64,000 bases of DNA. It comes from Patellaria atrata CBS 101060 (Eukaryota). Below the pieces are notes generated by a model. The model had not been told where the DNA came from. It worked only from the letters and a program-made list of their open reading frames with translations, and did no database searches. The number at the start of each line of letters is the position of its first letter. Position 1 is the first letter of the stretch. Location of the stretch: assembly GCA_010093705.1 (NCBI GenBank), contig MU006099.1:558001-622000 (forward strand), given 5' to 3'. Both the position numbers and the translations under genes were made by a program. This document shows, piece after piece, positions 37,559 through 51,297 of this stretch.

Positions 37559-39294
37559 CTACTCTGTATCCCCTCTTTCTTCTTTATCATTCAGGTGTGC
37601 CTTCAAGCCCCCCTTCCCAATCTTCATGGCTCTCTCCAGCTCCAGCTCCTCTTCTCTTAACCTACCTTTCCCGAACTCGAGATCTCTACGTTGTCGTCTT
37701 TTCTCTTCCTGCACTCTTCTCTCCCGCTCTGCAAGCGCCTTCTCTCTCCTATCCCGGTCCTTCCGCCTTTCACTCGCATCTTCGTCGTCCTGTCCATTAT
37801 CATGTGCAGCAGGCGGCGGTGGAAGGGTCGAAATGTAGGCATCGATGAGAGAGTCGCGAATGGCAGCTGGCAGAGTAATGTAGCGTAAATCTGTGAGGAC
37901 TGCAGATGGGAGATTCGAGGATGAAGACGCCCGATTGAGGTCTTTGAGAGGAATCGATTTCAACAACGTCGAGAGGTCAGATTTCGCGGCACTTTGCGGT
38001 AATTTTAGACGGGTAATGTGATCTCGATAGATTTTCTCGAGCTCTTTATCGCTAAGTCTTGAGTTGCGTAGCTCAGACTCCTTTCTATGCTTACGTTGAA
38101 ACTCTTTCCAGAATAACCTCGGGCTTGCGTGAGCATGAAGGAAAGCGATATAAGGTATACGGGGATCCTGTTGAGCTTGGGAGGCTTTTTGAGCCTTCAG
38201 GGTCTCGATACGAGACCTTGACCATATATCCCAGGCGGCCTTGCGAGCTTTGGTCGTGGGTAGTACAGTATAGCGTATGTCGTCTACTATACTTCCCGAT
38301 GAAAGTAGCGTCTCCCAGGGTGTAAAAGGAGAGATGTGGTGATCGTCCAGAAGTTCATGAAATAGTGCAATAGAGTCCTCTTCAGATAACGGTAAACCTT
38401 CTGCACCTTCTTCCCAGTCCCCTTCCCCATATTCGCCCGGGTCTAGTCCGTATTCCTCGCCCATGGCTGCGAGTTGGTATGCTATATCATCTTCGTTGAA
38501 CTCAACCGGCAGATTCGAATCAGGCTCCTCTGTGCGATGGCGCTTTGGTAGGTTTCCTTGCTCGTCATCTTCTCCTTCTTCCTCTGTGACCTCTACTTCT
38601 TCGTATTCTGAATCAAGATCTGCTTCGTCTGCTTGCTCTGCAGGCGTAATCGAGCATCTTCGAGCATCTTTTCCCTCGACAGCGACAGTCTCTCGATCAT
38701 TTTGGTTTTCGCTAGATTCACCTCTTTCTCTCTGCTCCCTGCGCTCACGTTCCATCCGGTCAAATTCCACTACGCCTTTCATAACATCTTCTGGGAATTT
38801 CCAAAAACTTTCTTTGGTCTCCGTATTATGAACAAACCTCCTCCCCAGTTTGGTTTTGACCAGAGTCCAGGGCGCGCAATTTGGAATAGCGTATCTGTGT
38901 TTGGGTCTGTCCTCGGGATGATGGCTTCTACGGCCTTGGTACCCATTTCCACCTTTAAAGCTTCCTCTTCCTCTAAAATCAGCTTGAGTTTGGCCCTGGG
39001 TTGAGTTGGTAAACGTGTGTGGGTAGGATGGCCCTGAGTATGGGTTTGAGAGATTAGTCGTAATATGAATTTGCGCAGCTGGAAAGGGAGTCGGAGTTCC
39101 TAGGGTAGGGCGGGTATATGTCGAAATTTTTGTTTCAGCGTTGTAATAATATGAATGCCCTAGTTAATGTCAATACGAGAATAGAACAGTTTGATGTCAA
39201 ATTTACCGGTTGGAGCCTTATGTTCTGTCCATCCTGGAGGAAGAGAGGGCAGAATTGGCGGCGGAGTCGCAGTCTTATGAGTGGATTTCAGCAT
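37559..39294 (-). CDS. WW + FF domain protein (Urn1/Dre4/TCERG1-like splicing-associated); intron 39160-39206
   Basis: LPPGWTEHKAPTG|HSYYYN..STYTRP WW domain, second WW-like segment (PWTLVKTK..SFWKFP) and FF repeats (FHELLDDHHISPFTPWE). Confidence 0.88.
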
Positions 39295-39558
39295 TCCGAT
39301 TGTCAAAGTAAAACAGTGTAAGCTTTACGGTATACAACAAATGTCAAGCTTGAGTTGAGGTTGCTACGCAGAGCCGCATAATAGACGGTTCTTGGCGATG
39401 ATCCATCACCGCAACGCGTCCGAGCTTGCCTGGAGCTCCAACCTAACCCAAAGTCAACCCCATAGCAGAACCCATAATCCGCAGTTCCCGTATAACGTCG
39501 CTATACTCTCGATCGAGTGAATTATCTTTCCCGAAGCTTGTTCACACCCTAGCCCAGC

Positions 39559-40502
39559 ATGTCAAGAAGATATGATTCCCGGGTTAGACACAGAACGCAG
39601 CTCCCACCGTCTCTATCTAAACTAACAAACAATTATAGACAACGATATTTTCTCCAGAAGGGAGGTTATACCAAGTGGAATATGCATTAGAGGCTATTTC
39701 ACACGCCGGAACCGCTTTAGGTATTCTAGCTCAAGATGGAATTGTTCTCGCAGCAGAGAGGAAGGTTACTTCTAAGCTTCTAGAGCAAGACACGTCAGCG
39801 GAGAAGCTCTATATCCTCAATGAGTACGTTCATGGTCCTTGGAGCCGTTTTTCTCACTGTTGTACTAACTATTATATCAGTAATATGATTTGCGCGGTAG
39901 CAGGTATGACTGCCGATGCCAACATTCTCATCAACTACGCCCGTCAAGCTGCACAACGATATCTCCTCACCTACAATGAAGACATTCCATGCGAGCAGTT
40001 AGTACGCCGCTTATGTGATTTAAAGCAAGGATATACGCAACATGGTGGTCTCCGCCCGTTCGGCGTGTCGTTCATCTATGCTGGTTACGACCCCCAGAGA
40101 CAATTTCAGTTGTACCAGAGCAATCCAAGCGGTAACTACGGTGGATGGAAAGCAACAAGCGTCGGAGCGAATAATGCTAGCGCCCAGAGCTTGTTGAAGC
40201 AGGACTATAAGGAGGAATGTGACCTTAAGGAGGCCTGTGGTTTGGCGGTGAAGGTGCTCAGTAAGACGATGGATTCCACGAAGCTGAGCAGTGAGAAGAG
40301 TAAGCTATTTGAGAAACAATTGCCATGATTTTTGTTCAAATGAAGAATGAACTAACATAACCCAGTCGAGTTTGCAACAGTAGGTCGGACAAAAGCAGGG
40401 AAAGTGTATCATCATCTTTGGGGTGCTGATGAAATCGACGCTCTACTCAAGGAGCATGACCTTGCGAAAAAGGGCGAGGAAACTGCAGAGAATGTAGGAT
40501 GA
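39559..40502 (+). CDS. PRE9: 20S proteasome alpha-3 subunit; introns 39583-39638, 39824-39880, 40300-40365
   Basis: [40 protein letters not shown] and [12 protein letters not shown]. Confidence 0.97.
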
Positions 40503-41314
40503 AGGGATATAGCGGCGTAGGAAGGTAGATAGACAGCGTAGCTAACCACGCTTATAAAATCTAACTTTAGCATGCGCTACACCCAGCCTTTGAATGGGTA
40601 AGCGCTTGAGTATGATCCTTTCAGCTCTTTCTTCTTCCATTTCTCAGCCTGGCGGTATGATGAGAGAGTAATACCAATCACTATATGGTCACTTAATTAT
40701 AAAATAGTTCAACATTACTCTTAAGATCAGATCTGTTGTCACTCTCGACCCTTTCATAAGCATTTGCGGAGAATTAAAATTCCTGATTTCGTTTGTTCTT
40801 GTCCCGTAGAGTTGATTCTGTTTGCGCTGTAGGACCCTTCGTTTCTCCCCTAATATCTGTACACCCCCTAATATGCTACCTTCTAATGGAGGAATCTATA
40901 ACCTCAACTCCATTCATTCTCTCTCTCTCCAATTTGCCTCTCCTTTACTCTTCTCTTACAATCCTCTGTCACTTTACGTTTATTGTACATGTAGAGGCGT
41001 GCCGTACAGTTCGACTTCCGTTAAACTTCCACTTGGCGGTGCAGTTAAGCCGGAGGACTTGCAAATGAAGCCGGACGGCCCGTACTTGCCCGTGCATACC
41101 CGATACTGGTCTCTCTGACCCGCAGCTGTACAAATGCTGTCTATGAGTTGTAGTGTCGGACATTCACAGATGTTACTTCCAGGTACTTCTGCCTGGCCCA
41201 CGGGGTATACATTAACGCAAGGCACTACCCGTACCGGCAGCCTTTATTACCTGTACATCTCCCCAAGACTTCCTTCTAAAACAACATCTTGCATCCCAAA
41301 TTCCACGTATAGCT

Positions 41315-41932
41315 ATGGTTCTAACCGAAGACGAGTATACGAGGATGGTGCGCAAGCTCGTTCTCAGTGCACGTACAGTCCGCTCGAGGCTCTTAAGGGG
41401 ACGCCGTCTACAACCTAATAAAGCAATACCCGCACAGCATGCCCATCGTCCTGGTCGTCCAGCAGAGAAGGTTGATGGGGGCAACAAGTTCAGGCGAGGC
41501 CATCGAGGGAACGTTGCTCCAAGCCGTACCGACTACGTCTGGGCCGAAAAGCTCATCATAGTACGCATGGGACAAATGGTGAAATCACCTTTGGCCAGGG
41601 GGCTCAACGCAGATCGCGTCGCCGCATTACTCACCCGCACGTTCGCGCGTCCCAACGATCCCATGACTCCAGCTGCGTTCCGTGCCATCTCTCGCAAACT
41701 GTTACACGAAACAAACAAGATGAGTGCCGTTATCTGGGCTGATACGAGGTTGAAGGATGGGAGCAAGCAGCCAAACTTCACCGCGACCGACGAAATGCAG
41801 CTCTATGAGTTTATAGCGGAAGGGAAGAGTCTCTGGTGTAACCGGTCCCGCGGAGCCATGCATGTAGATGCACCGGCAGGACTTAGACGCTACGCTGAAG
41901 ATGCTGCTGAAGCGTATACTATCCGTATGTAG
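41315..41932 (+). CDS. Hypothetical basic protein (205 aa), no recognisable domain
   Basis: ATG-initiated intronless ORF occupying its own intergenic space; Arg/Ala-rich. Confidence 0.5.
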   Translation: MVLTEDEYTRMVRKLVLSARTVRSRLLRGRRLQPNKAIPAQHAHRPGRPAEKVDGGNKFRRGHRGNVAPSRTDYVWAEKLIIVRMGQMVKSPLARGLNADRVAALLTRTFARPNDPMTPAAFRAISRKLLHETNKMSAVIWADTRLKDGSKQPNFTATDEMQLYEFIAEGKSLWCNRSRGAMHVDAPAGLRRYAEDAAEAYTIRM

Positions 41933-42178
41933 TGGTAGATGTTCACTATTGAGAGGACGAGAGTGACTGCCAGCCTCCAAAGGAACGAAGAAGGCGTGTC
42001 TATTCAATTCGGCCTGGAAGTATGCTTCTAAATATAACATTTCAGAATGAATATACTAATATTAGCTCAGAAGTACACTCTAAGTATCTTTCAGCTCCAG
42101 TGATTAAGTCTAGTATGGCCCAATATATCGGTACGGTGTTATTAGGAAATGGTTCACATATGCTCGACGGTGGTGGTG

Positions 42179-42416
42179 GAGCTCGGATGCTAAGAATCAT
42201 GTAATCTAGGACAAGGTATAATACTAGGAATAGTATAATATAGGTTAAGATATTACACCTAGAATTATATGATATAGGATAAAATAAATATAAGGTACTC
42301 TATATAAAATATTAAGCTACTCTACCCAGCATCATGTATTGTAGATTAAGCTAAGGTATTCTCCCTAGTATCATGTTTCATAGGTCGGGGTACTCTACTA
42401 AGCATCATGTATTATT
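42179..42416. repeat. Second, more degenerate array of the same 34-bp minisatellite family
   Basis: Units at 42179, 42213, 42247 (aagatattacacctagaattatatgatataggat), 42314, 42353 (aaggtattctccctagtatcatgtttcataggtc) and 42387 align with the 4678-4813 units. Confidence 0.7.
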
Positions 42417-42865
42417 AATCTAGCATCTATGCATAACCAAGCAATTCGATTAGTATATGGTCTTAGCGATAGTTAGACCGTAATAAGGAACAGATATACG
42501 CTCTAGAACAGGTACCCAAGCTGAAGAAAACCATTTGAAGCACATACTCACCTAGAAAGAGGTTTAAGTATAAATGAGATTAGGCAAAAGGGCCTCTGCA
42601 CACTCTGGAGTTATCTTTTTTTATTTTATTTTTTAAAAAAAGGGTCCAGTACTTCGTACAACTCCCGAAGAAGCAGTAGGCGATGATCTAAAGACGGTCT
42701 GGTAACGGTATCTCTTAGACTAGTCAAGCCAGCACTTTATTCTCCCTGTTGTATATACTTCTAAGGCCAGTATTGTACACGATGGTCACAAACTGTTAGT
42801 CACTAGAATGGAAGCAATCAAGGTGAAATCAAATTTCGTACATTGAATTGTGCGATTTGCGATAT

Positions 42866-45800
42866 CTACATATCATCCGAATCATATTCCTCATCCCTCA
42901 GCAGCGCCGGATATCTCCTACTCCTCAAATCCTGCTCCAGCCCGCCTTCTGATTCAGGGTCTAAATAACCTAGGCCCTATACGTTAGCACCTGGATAACA
43001 TTATTAATGATTAGGTATGGAGAATAGCTCACCTCGTCCTCCAAAGAAGCTCAATGCCACAGGTAAGAAGATCAAGGCATGTGATGCGGCAAATATCACT
43101 AAGGCGAGCCACACCCTAAAGTAATAGATCTCAAATATCTTGCTCCTTGTAAATGCCAGCACGAAGACACCCAAGAGCTTTGTGACCGTGATGCCACTGA
43201 AAACACTCGCGCCGACGTTCACTAGAGCCGTCCAGGCGCGAGCATCCTTACCTCTGGACTTATTCCGCGGGGCGCGCTCAAGGACCGATCGAGAAGGGAA
43301 GACGAAGGCGCGCGCGATGTGGGCGCAGAACTCAACCGAAATGCCGAGACAGATAATGAGATTGACGAGGGAGACGGCATTTAGTGAGACTTGAGCAACT
43401 GCCATTGCACCGACGATGTCAACAAGGGTCATAACGACAGTGATGGTTACTATTAGACCGGTTCGGATGGAGCCGAGGAGCACGCTTGTGACGAGCAAAA
43501 TGATTGCGAGGCCGGAACCGATGAGGGTGCAAGCAAGCCGGACGATGCTGCTATATTGATCAAAGAATATATAAAATTTAGAGTATGGAAAGACGGGTGT
43601 GGATGTGTGTTCACTAATTGAGGTAGCGATGCGCCGTGCAGACGCATATGCATTAATGAAGTCATCTTGGCTACGGAGTGGTGTGTGTGAGGTGCGGAAA
43701 TGGGAGGCGGGGATTGTGGTATGGTTATTATCTACAACCAGTGCATTACCATAGGAGGCTTGTCCGGCATAGGGGCATTCTTCTCCGGTAGGAGATGAAA
43801 GCCAACGGTTGAGGTAAGAGATGAACTCTTGCCCTTCAGGCATCCCTCTAAGCTGAGGATTCCAGGGTGGATCTCGGCCCTCAAGGCAAGGGCCTGACGG
43901 ATCAACGCAGCAAGTATCCAGTGCAGGATTGAGCCAAGTAAAGAAATCATCAACCCAACTAGCAGTGGGGTCGGCGATGTAAGAGACTTCTGAACGTTTT
44001 CTCTCTTGTTCAAGTATGTTCGCTAGTGATAGTGGATCGCAAGTCGAGAACCGACCACATAACTCTTGTTGATGTGTTCTTTCAGTAACATTGAGGTCTC
44101 GTGTTACAAAGTAGACGGGAGGTCCAGCATTGAAATAGTCGTATAAGTCATCGAAGAACTGAATCAAATATGAATCGCTCGGTATCGCGATCCGTTGGTC
44201 TAGCCCAAGCTTAACTGCGGGAATCAAGCCGACGCCTGCGGTAAAGAGTCCTAAGAAAATAGTCATTATAGCAACTTTAGTTCTCTTCCCGAGAAGCACT
44301 GGAGCATATGTTTTCCTGATGAACCGTTGGAGGCTACCCTCCTCATTGGCACCGAATACTACTCCATCGTGCACAAGGATAGTAGTAGCATCCGCTCTTT
44401 TAATTGTAATGCACGGAAAACAGTCGGCTCTACTCGCTTCTACCCTGCGCTGATTTAAAGCAAGAACTGATACGAACATCGTGACCTGTAGTAAGGCATT
44501 TATGAGTACAGCACCAGCCGCGTATGCTGCAAAATTCCTAACGGCAGGCATGCCAACGGCAGTACCTAAGGCAAATGCAACAGTCTCCGAAGTAGCGGAT
44601 AGCAGGATACTTGGACCCATTCTACCTAAAGCTTTCGACATGCGTTCGGAGATGGAACCTTCAGGGTAACTGATATTGACGCGTTCGAATTCGTGGACAA
44701 CGAGAAAAATGTTGTCGACGCCGACAGCCAATACTAGAAATGGGATGACCTCTGCGATGATAAGGGTAACCTTGATGCCTGCAGCGGAGAACAACCCAAC
44801 AGATGCTGAGACGGACATCAAAACAATGATAATGCCCACAATACCCAGCATAAACTTAGATTGTACAAACGCGTTTGCCGGGTTTTGCAAAATCGTCCTG
44901 AAGGTCAATGTAGTAGAACCTAGAGCTAAGGAGGCATACAGAAACATAATGATGTAACTGATGACAACGATCTTTGCGTCAGTATTCGATGATTTGTTGA
45001 GTTCCTGTTCTAAGCTTATCTCGGTGTTGAAGGAGAGTCGAAGTCCTCTATCGGCAGCTTCGCCTTGGACCATTCGTAACAAGTTTTTGAGATTATCTTC
45101 CCAATCCATGGCTTTCTCCAACTCTCGAGTGCCCTCAGCATGATTATTGACAACCCAAGTTGCCACCAGTGCCCTGGAGTCGATCACAGTCTTGTCCCAG
45201 CCGCCGAAGAGTAGTTTGGCTTGAAGAGGTTGACCGAAATCAGGCAAACAGCTAACTGGATTATTAACACACTCCAGAATTTGATCCTGCCAGTTATCTG
45301 GATCGACACCGGAGAACCCTCCTTGACCTTGGAAATAGCTCGTCACCGACTGTACGACACAAGCCTCACCAGTTGGCTTGAAGCAGACATCGTCAAAAGT
45401 GACACCTTCATCGATTGACCTGAGGCGCTCTACACGGCCCTGAACGTCGAACCACCAGGCCAGGGTCTCGTAGCTCATTACCGGCCCAGGACCGGAGGGA
45501 AAAGTGTCGTTCACGAGGAAGGCTTGTTCGGCACGGAAGAAAGGGCCAAAATTGGAGTCGAAGAATGCTTTTTCCTTTGCAGCATCCGAATTCGGAGCAA
45601 CCCACAGTCTCACAGGGTCAGTTTCAACTTCGAACCGCAACCAACCAAGACTTAGGAGAAGTACTACGATAACGCTAGAGACTATAGTGATGGCCGGAAA
45701 TTCTGCGCAAATGTATCCGAGCTTGCTGAAGGCCTTATCACTAAGGGTATTTAGATAGTATGGTTTTGTCGGCCGATCAAGGGTTCCCGCATCATGTACA

Positions 45801-46814
45801 ATGTCTCCTTCATCTTCGTCATCGCTAGGGTCGATGTCTTGAAGCAATCGGAGTCGCTCTGATTTTCGCTGAGAATGCTGTTGATACATGACATGCCCAG
45901 AGACACCCATGATGAGCAGCAAGATGAAAACAGAATAAATGATAATAACTGAGAAGGATAAACATGGTAAAGCACCAACATGACATTCCTTGATTTCCTT
46001 GATTTCAGGTAACTCAGGGCATGTGGCAGCACAATCGACGCATGCGCACCGGATGTTTTTGTCTGTATCGTTGCACTTCTTCGCGGTGTCATCCATTGCT
46101 TCCATTTCAGAAAAAATCGTAGAGTTTGGCCTGGGGAAGTTGATCTGGAACGGGCTACCCAGGAGACTCTTGTGTCCTAAGAAGGCAAGCAGTGCAGTAT
46201 AATTCTTTGCACCACCACCAATAAAGTCCATGGCGTTCCCGTTCGTGGGGCCAAATTTGACATCTTTGCAACTATCATAAAAGTCTGACCCATATTTGTC
46301 CGAGACTAGCACGTCTAATTCGGTAACGAGGAATTTTTCGTTTTTGGGTACAGTGTCGGTAACATTAACGAAGAGAGATTGGTTGGGAGAGCAGGTGAAG
46401 GTACAGAATAGATTGAAGAAGTTCTCTTTGCACGCTGGACAGGCTCCAATGATGGTTTCCGCCCGCTTAAGATTGGTACTGAGAGCCTCAAGCTATACAA
46501 ATTCAGTATATACTTTTCGGTCGATATAGCGTACATACCTGTTCGGACTTGCAGCAAACCTTGCTGTCATCCCATTTGCTGCCACAGATGTCCACGAGTT
46601 TTTTCCTCACTTCCGTGGTGGGATCCTCTGCCAGGTCATTGTCGGGGCATGGAAGCTCGGAGCCAAAGAAGCTCTGCTTCCCACAGTGCCCTCTGATAGC
46701 ACATCTCCCCGATTCGTGTACCTTAGTCCAATCAGGAGTTGATTCAGCTATCGAAGCCGTAACAAATATTAACAACAGCACTGCCAGCAGTTGCGGAAAT
46801 GTGTCCCGTCTCAT
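42866..46814 (-). CDS. NCR1: Niemann-Pick C1-like sterol transporter (patched/SSD family); introns 46493-46538 and 42970-43032
   Basis: Signal peptide, Cys-rich NPC1 N-domain, ETDPVRLW, SSD (EVIPFLVLAVGVDNIF), GLDQRIAIP and GISVEFCAHI. Confidence 0.96.
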
Positions 46815-47832
46815 CTGATCCTTGTTACTGGTCGGACAGCGCGCAGCCACCGAGGAATGGAGTATTTTATAGCTTCCAGTGTATGTATAGCTTAGGTGAA
46901 CGTCTACTTGCGCGCTACAGGTACTCTATGTATATTGCAAAACCTCAAGCAGTATGGAGCAACAGGGAGCTTTAGACTCGAGCTATAGGCTCTAAGGTAG
47001 GTATGAGTCGAGCGGCGTAGGGACCCCTTGGACGAAGAGTAGGTGTTGGGTTCGATCCAAAGTGTTCTAATGCATCCAAGCTAGATGTAAATGCATTAAT
47101 GGTTGTTCGTGGGATGTGTGATGAAGAAGTTGGTGGGAAGAACTAAAGTATGGTTTTGAGGTGTGGCAGTACAGACTGCAGCCGTCATTCAGGTACCGGA
47201 CCAAGCCTCAGATCGACGTCACGATGTGAGCTCTCCCGTCCACTTCCATCCCGCATCCCGCATCTCGCATCCCGATCACTAAAATGTCAACTGTACATGT
47301 ATCACTAGTAGTAGTGAGTTTGGACTACACCAATCTAAAAGTATTTCATCGCAAATCCATTGTAATTGAAAGGAAATACGACAGCAGAGCATGTACACGT
47401 TGAATTCCATCGATCAAGTTGGCACATGGCCCTTTTTTTTTCTCCATTTCGCCAACTAAAGTACAAAGATATGTGAAAGGTACAGAGAATGCTAATTGTC
47501 CCAGCTTTGGAAGCCAAATTTGCTGCCACAGCTGCTATCGCAATATGAAAGTAGAATTAGAGCGCCAACGACACCAACACCACCCAAGGAGAGTGCCATC
47601 TTCTCTCATCCACCTACAAGAAGATCAGCCCGGTATGCTAAGGGCGAAGACACTGCAAATGAAATCGAAAGGAGAGCGCCAGCAGAGCGTGATCCCAGCT
47701 AACTATGAGGGATGATTACAGCGTGAAAGCTCTAAACAAAGAAAGAAAATTGGTTCAAAGGTAGAGATACCTTCAACAGATCAACACTTAAGTTGGCGTG
47801 AATAGAATGGCTGCGGACTTGCATGATAGTCC

Positions 47833-50076
47833 TCAAGAGGCACTGGCAGCTTGCGCTGGTGACGCAGTCGCGCCTTCGCCTCCACGACCGCCTCGTCCTC
47901 GTCCACGTTCATTTCCGCGTCCTCCCCTACCACGGAAGCCACCCCGTCCACCACGACCTCCTTCACTATCACTAGCACCTCCACTGCGGTAGCCTGTTCC
48001 CTGGGCACCACCACGATTGCTGCTTTGCCACGTGCCAGCTCCCTGTGGCCGGTATGGACCGCCGGTGCGATATATCTGGACATTAGTCTTCTCACGAGAT
48101 TTATGGTCCTTGTACTCTTGGCTAATTCGACCGAGTGCAGCTTGCATGTCTTCTGGTGAGTGGAACCAGATAATCGAATTGAACTTCTTCAACTCAATCC
48201 GTTCTACTTTAGCCTTATCTTCATCCGCGAGCAATGCTCGCGTTGCATCCTCATTCTTCAGATCTATGTTTGATATGAAGAGGGCCCGGCTCGGTTCCCT
48301 CTTCATAGATGTATCGTTCTTGGACTCTATTTTTTCCAGAGGAGCGGTGCCATTCGGCTTCACTTCGCTAGGAATAGATTTCTCGGATCCAGCGCTCGGG
48401 ATATTGGCCGACGTAGTTGATGGCTGAGGCGTAGCTGGCTTGACTGGCACTTTTGCAGCTGCAGGTGCGGGAGAAGGAGCTGTACGTACTGGTTGAGCTG
48501 CTGGTGTTTTGTTTTGTTGAGTTGGGGGGGTGGCCGTTGCTGGAGGCAGTTGGGTACGAGCTGGTTGCGGGGCTTGAGGGGCGGAAGCAGAGGGAGCGGT
48601 AGGAGCCGAAAGCTGACTCTGAGCTTGCGCTTGCTGAGGTGCTACACCACCAGGAGGACCGGACAAGGTGGTGGATGGAACTAGGGGTGCCGCTTGTGTT
48701 TGCTGCGCTGGAGCTGCTTTGCCTGTGCGATGAGAGAAATTGAAACCCTGTGCCCTCATCTCCGTACCAATCCTTCCTCCATCGATATCCAGAACTAGCC
48801 AACCGTAAGCAGCGTCGGCCAAATTGAAGTTCCACATATTCTTGAACGCGCTCTCGTCGACTTGCCCAGCTTGTGGACCACCAACATGCCCTCCGAAAGG
48901 ATTACCGCCATTGGCAACAGTCGGCATCTTGTCGATAATCCCAATGGCGTATTGCAGCAATCTCTGTTGAGACTCGTTCTCGGCAACGGCTGGCTCTACT
49001 TCACCTTTGACGGTATCCCAAACGTCATTGAATGATGCTTTTGATGCTGCTAGCTTGCCACGATAATGATCAAGAGTAGGATTGACGCTGAATTCGTTGT
49101 ATGAGCTACCATATCGGAAATGGAGACCAGCGGAGATCGAAAAGTCGGCCTTGAGTGTCACAGAGATTTGATTGAGTAGACCCTCCCGAGCAGGTGAAGC
49201 GTGTGTGACAAAGACGCGAGTTTCAGTTGGGTCGTATACGCGGTTAGCAGTGTCAACAAGCTCACCCATCTGCAGGAGGGTCGTCCACATGGTTCCCTGA
49301 CCACCAGCGATCGTAGTTCTGCCTTCGCCGTTATCGAAAAGTTTGTGCATAACGACAGCACCGCCTAGTCCTAAAAGTCGGAGTTTAACCCCACCAACAT
49401 CTAATAGCCTAGAGTGAGCTTCATCGATAATATGCAAGTTATCAATCTTGTATTCTCCGGACCGCAGCTTTTCAAGAACTTGTACGTCTTCGCAAGCACC
49501 CCAGACGGTGTAGACCGGTACGTCTAATTTGAATTGACCGGTAAGAAATTTAGGCAACTCGGAAAGAGGTAGCTGTTCTCTCGAGAACCGTTCCTTAATT
49601 GATGGCTGTGCCGGTGCGGCTGCTATTTGGCGTTTGACTTGGTCATCGAGAAGTGGTGAGTATTGTGCTACATGTTTTAAAGTTTTCTCGGCGATGCGAT
49701 CTAAGGAGCGGTCGTCATAGAAACCGAAGTCACCGGTGTGGATGATGTAACTTGCTTTGGCATCGGCAGCAAGTTTGTTAAGGGATCTGAGGTTGCCTGT
49801 GCCGCTGTCAGCTACTTTGACGCCAACGAAATAAGAACTCGTATCTTAATAATCTCACCTCTTACATCCGCAATGCAGAGAACCCGCGCCGAACCATTTT
49901 GTATGACTCTACCTTGATTTGGAAGAAGTGGTGTGGCCCCGGGGACTGGGCCACTTCCGCCATTAGGAAGATAAGTCTGGTTAGCGTTGGCATATGTTCG
50001 AGGTTGCGTTGGAGCTTGCTGGTGCTTGTCAACATTCCTGTAATTCCTCTAAGATGAGAAAACTCACAGAAGCCAT
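47833..50076 (-). CDS. Metallophosphoesterase-like (DUF2433-type) protein with C-terminal RRM-like domain and RGG tail; two 5' introns
   Basis: RVLCIADVRG|NL, IIHTGDFGFYD, YTVWGACED, THASPAREG and AGLHFRY. RRM-like LFISNI..IIWF and RGG repeats. ATG GCT TCT|GTGAGT at 50076. Confidence 0.82.
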
Positions 50077-51297
50077 GGAGACTGAGATCGTAAGATGCAG
50101 CGAAGCAGTCAAGGGTTAAAAATTTCTTTCAGGGTCGCGTCGGTGATGAGGCCGCCACAAGTTGACGGTATCAAGATTACGGAAGTATTGTCCAGTCGGA
50201 GAATGGCCGTGAGGAGAATAAATTATTACAGAAACGCAGATGAGGTGGGCGAAGTAAAGGGAATTAGTTGTAGGTGCAAGCAGCTCGCAAAAAGGAAGCT
50301 GCACTATCCACAGAGATCTTTCTGGGGAGGCGCGTTTTAGAACTAGTTTTAGCGAAACTCTTGGCATTTTGGAGTGTCTTTCAGGTCGATCAAGGCACTA
50401 TGTAGGCAAAACTACATCCCTCCTGCGGCTACTGTACAATTGTCTCAAGGAGATGATGCATGTCACACATATTCCATTTAGATATTGCTCTCATTCCGCT
50501 CTACTGGTTGCTACAATACATTCGTTTACTTTTCCTGTACGCTTTGTTCCAAGTATACTGTCCACCTTTGGTTGCCCTTACCGTCACCGGTATTGCTATG
50601 TTTCTGAACTGTGACTGGGTACCACTTTTACAACTGAAGCTCTTTTCACCTTCTTACGACTAGACCCTAATAGAGACAACGAGTATCACAGGTCAATATT
50701 TATGACACTTCAGCACTTTTTCCGAAGGTACGGGTGGAAAGAGGAAGTAAGCCTGTAGCCCTGTACTGGCCATCAGAGCTTTATCTCTACTTTCCAAAGG
50801 TCATTACCGTATCAACCAGTAACAAGTTCGGCATAAAGGGATAGAAATTCCGCACTGACATCAATCATTTGACGAGAATCAAACCAAAATAGGAGACCAG
50901 TGAAGGTAGACAGTGAACTCCACCGACAAAAACCTACTTTGCTAAATTCTAGTCCTCTATCCTTAGTCTAACTGAATCTCCTAGAGTCGGTGCTGATAGC
51001 ACCAAAAAATCTTATTATCCAAGCTTTTGTTCCACAATAAGTCTAGGTTACGTATTATTCAACCGTCTTACAAATGTTCATTTTCCCAGTGCAAGTACAA
51101 TGTGAGCGTTGGCGTTATTATGCAAGCACTTTGTGAGGTTTCTGAATGTATAAAGAAAAAGGTGTTTCTTCCAAAAATCTCCAACGGTATATATCCTTGT
51201 CTCGAGCCGTGCTTACAAAATATCTACTTCAAATAGCAGATACGTGTTAATTTGACCTTCCACGGCTCTAAGATAGCCAAGGACTGCTTCTCCAAGA

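Noticed and set aside
47005..47065. GGTTCGATCC resembling a tRNA T-loop
   Set aside because: The T-stem does not pair and no acceptor, D or anticodon arms can be built.
47247..47277. (CATCCCG)x4 heptamer repeat upstream of NCR1
   Set aside because: Short simple repeat with no evidence of function.
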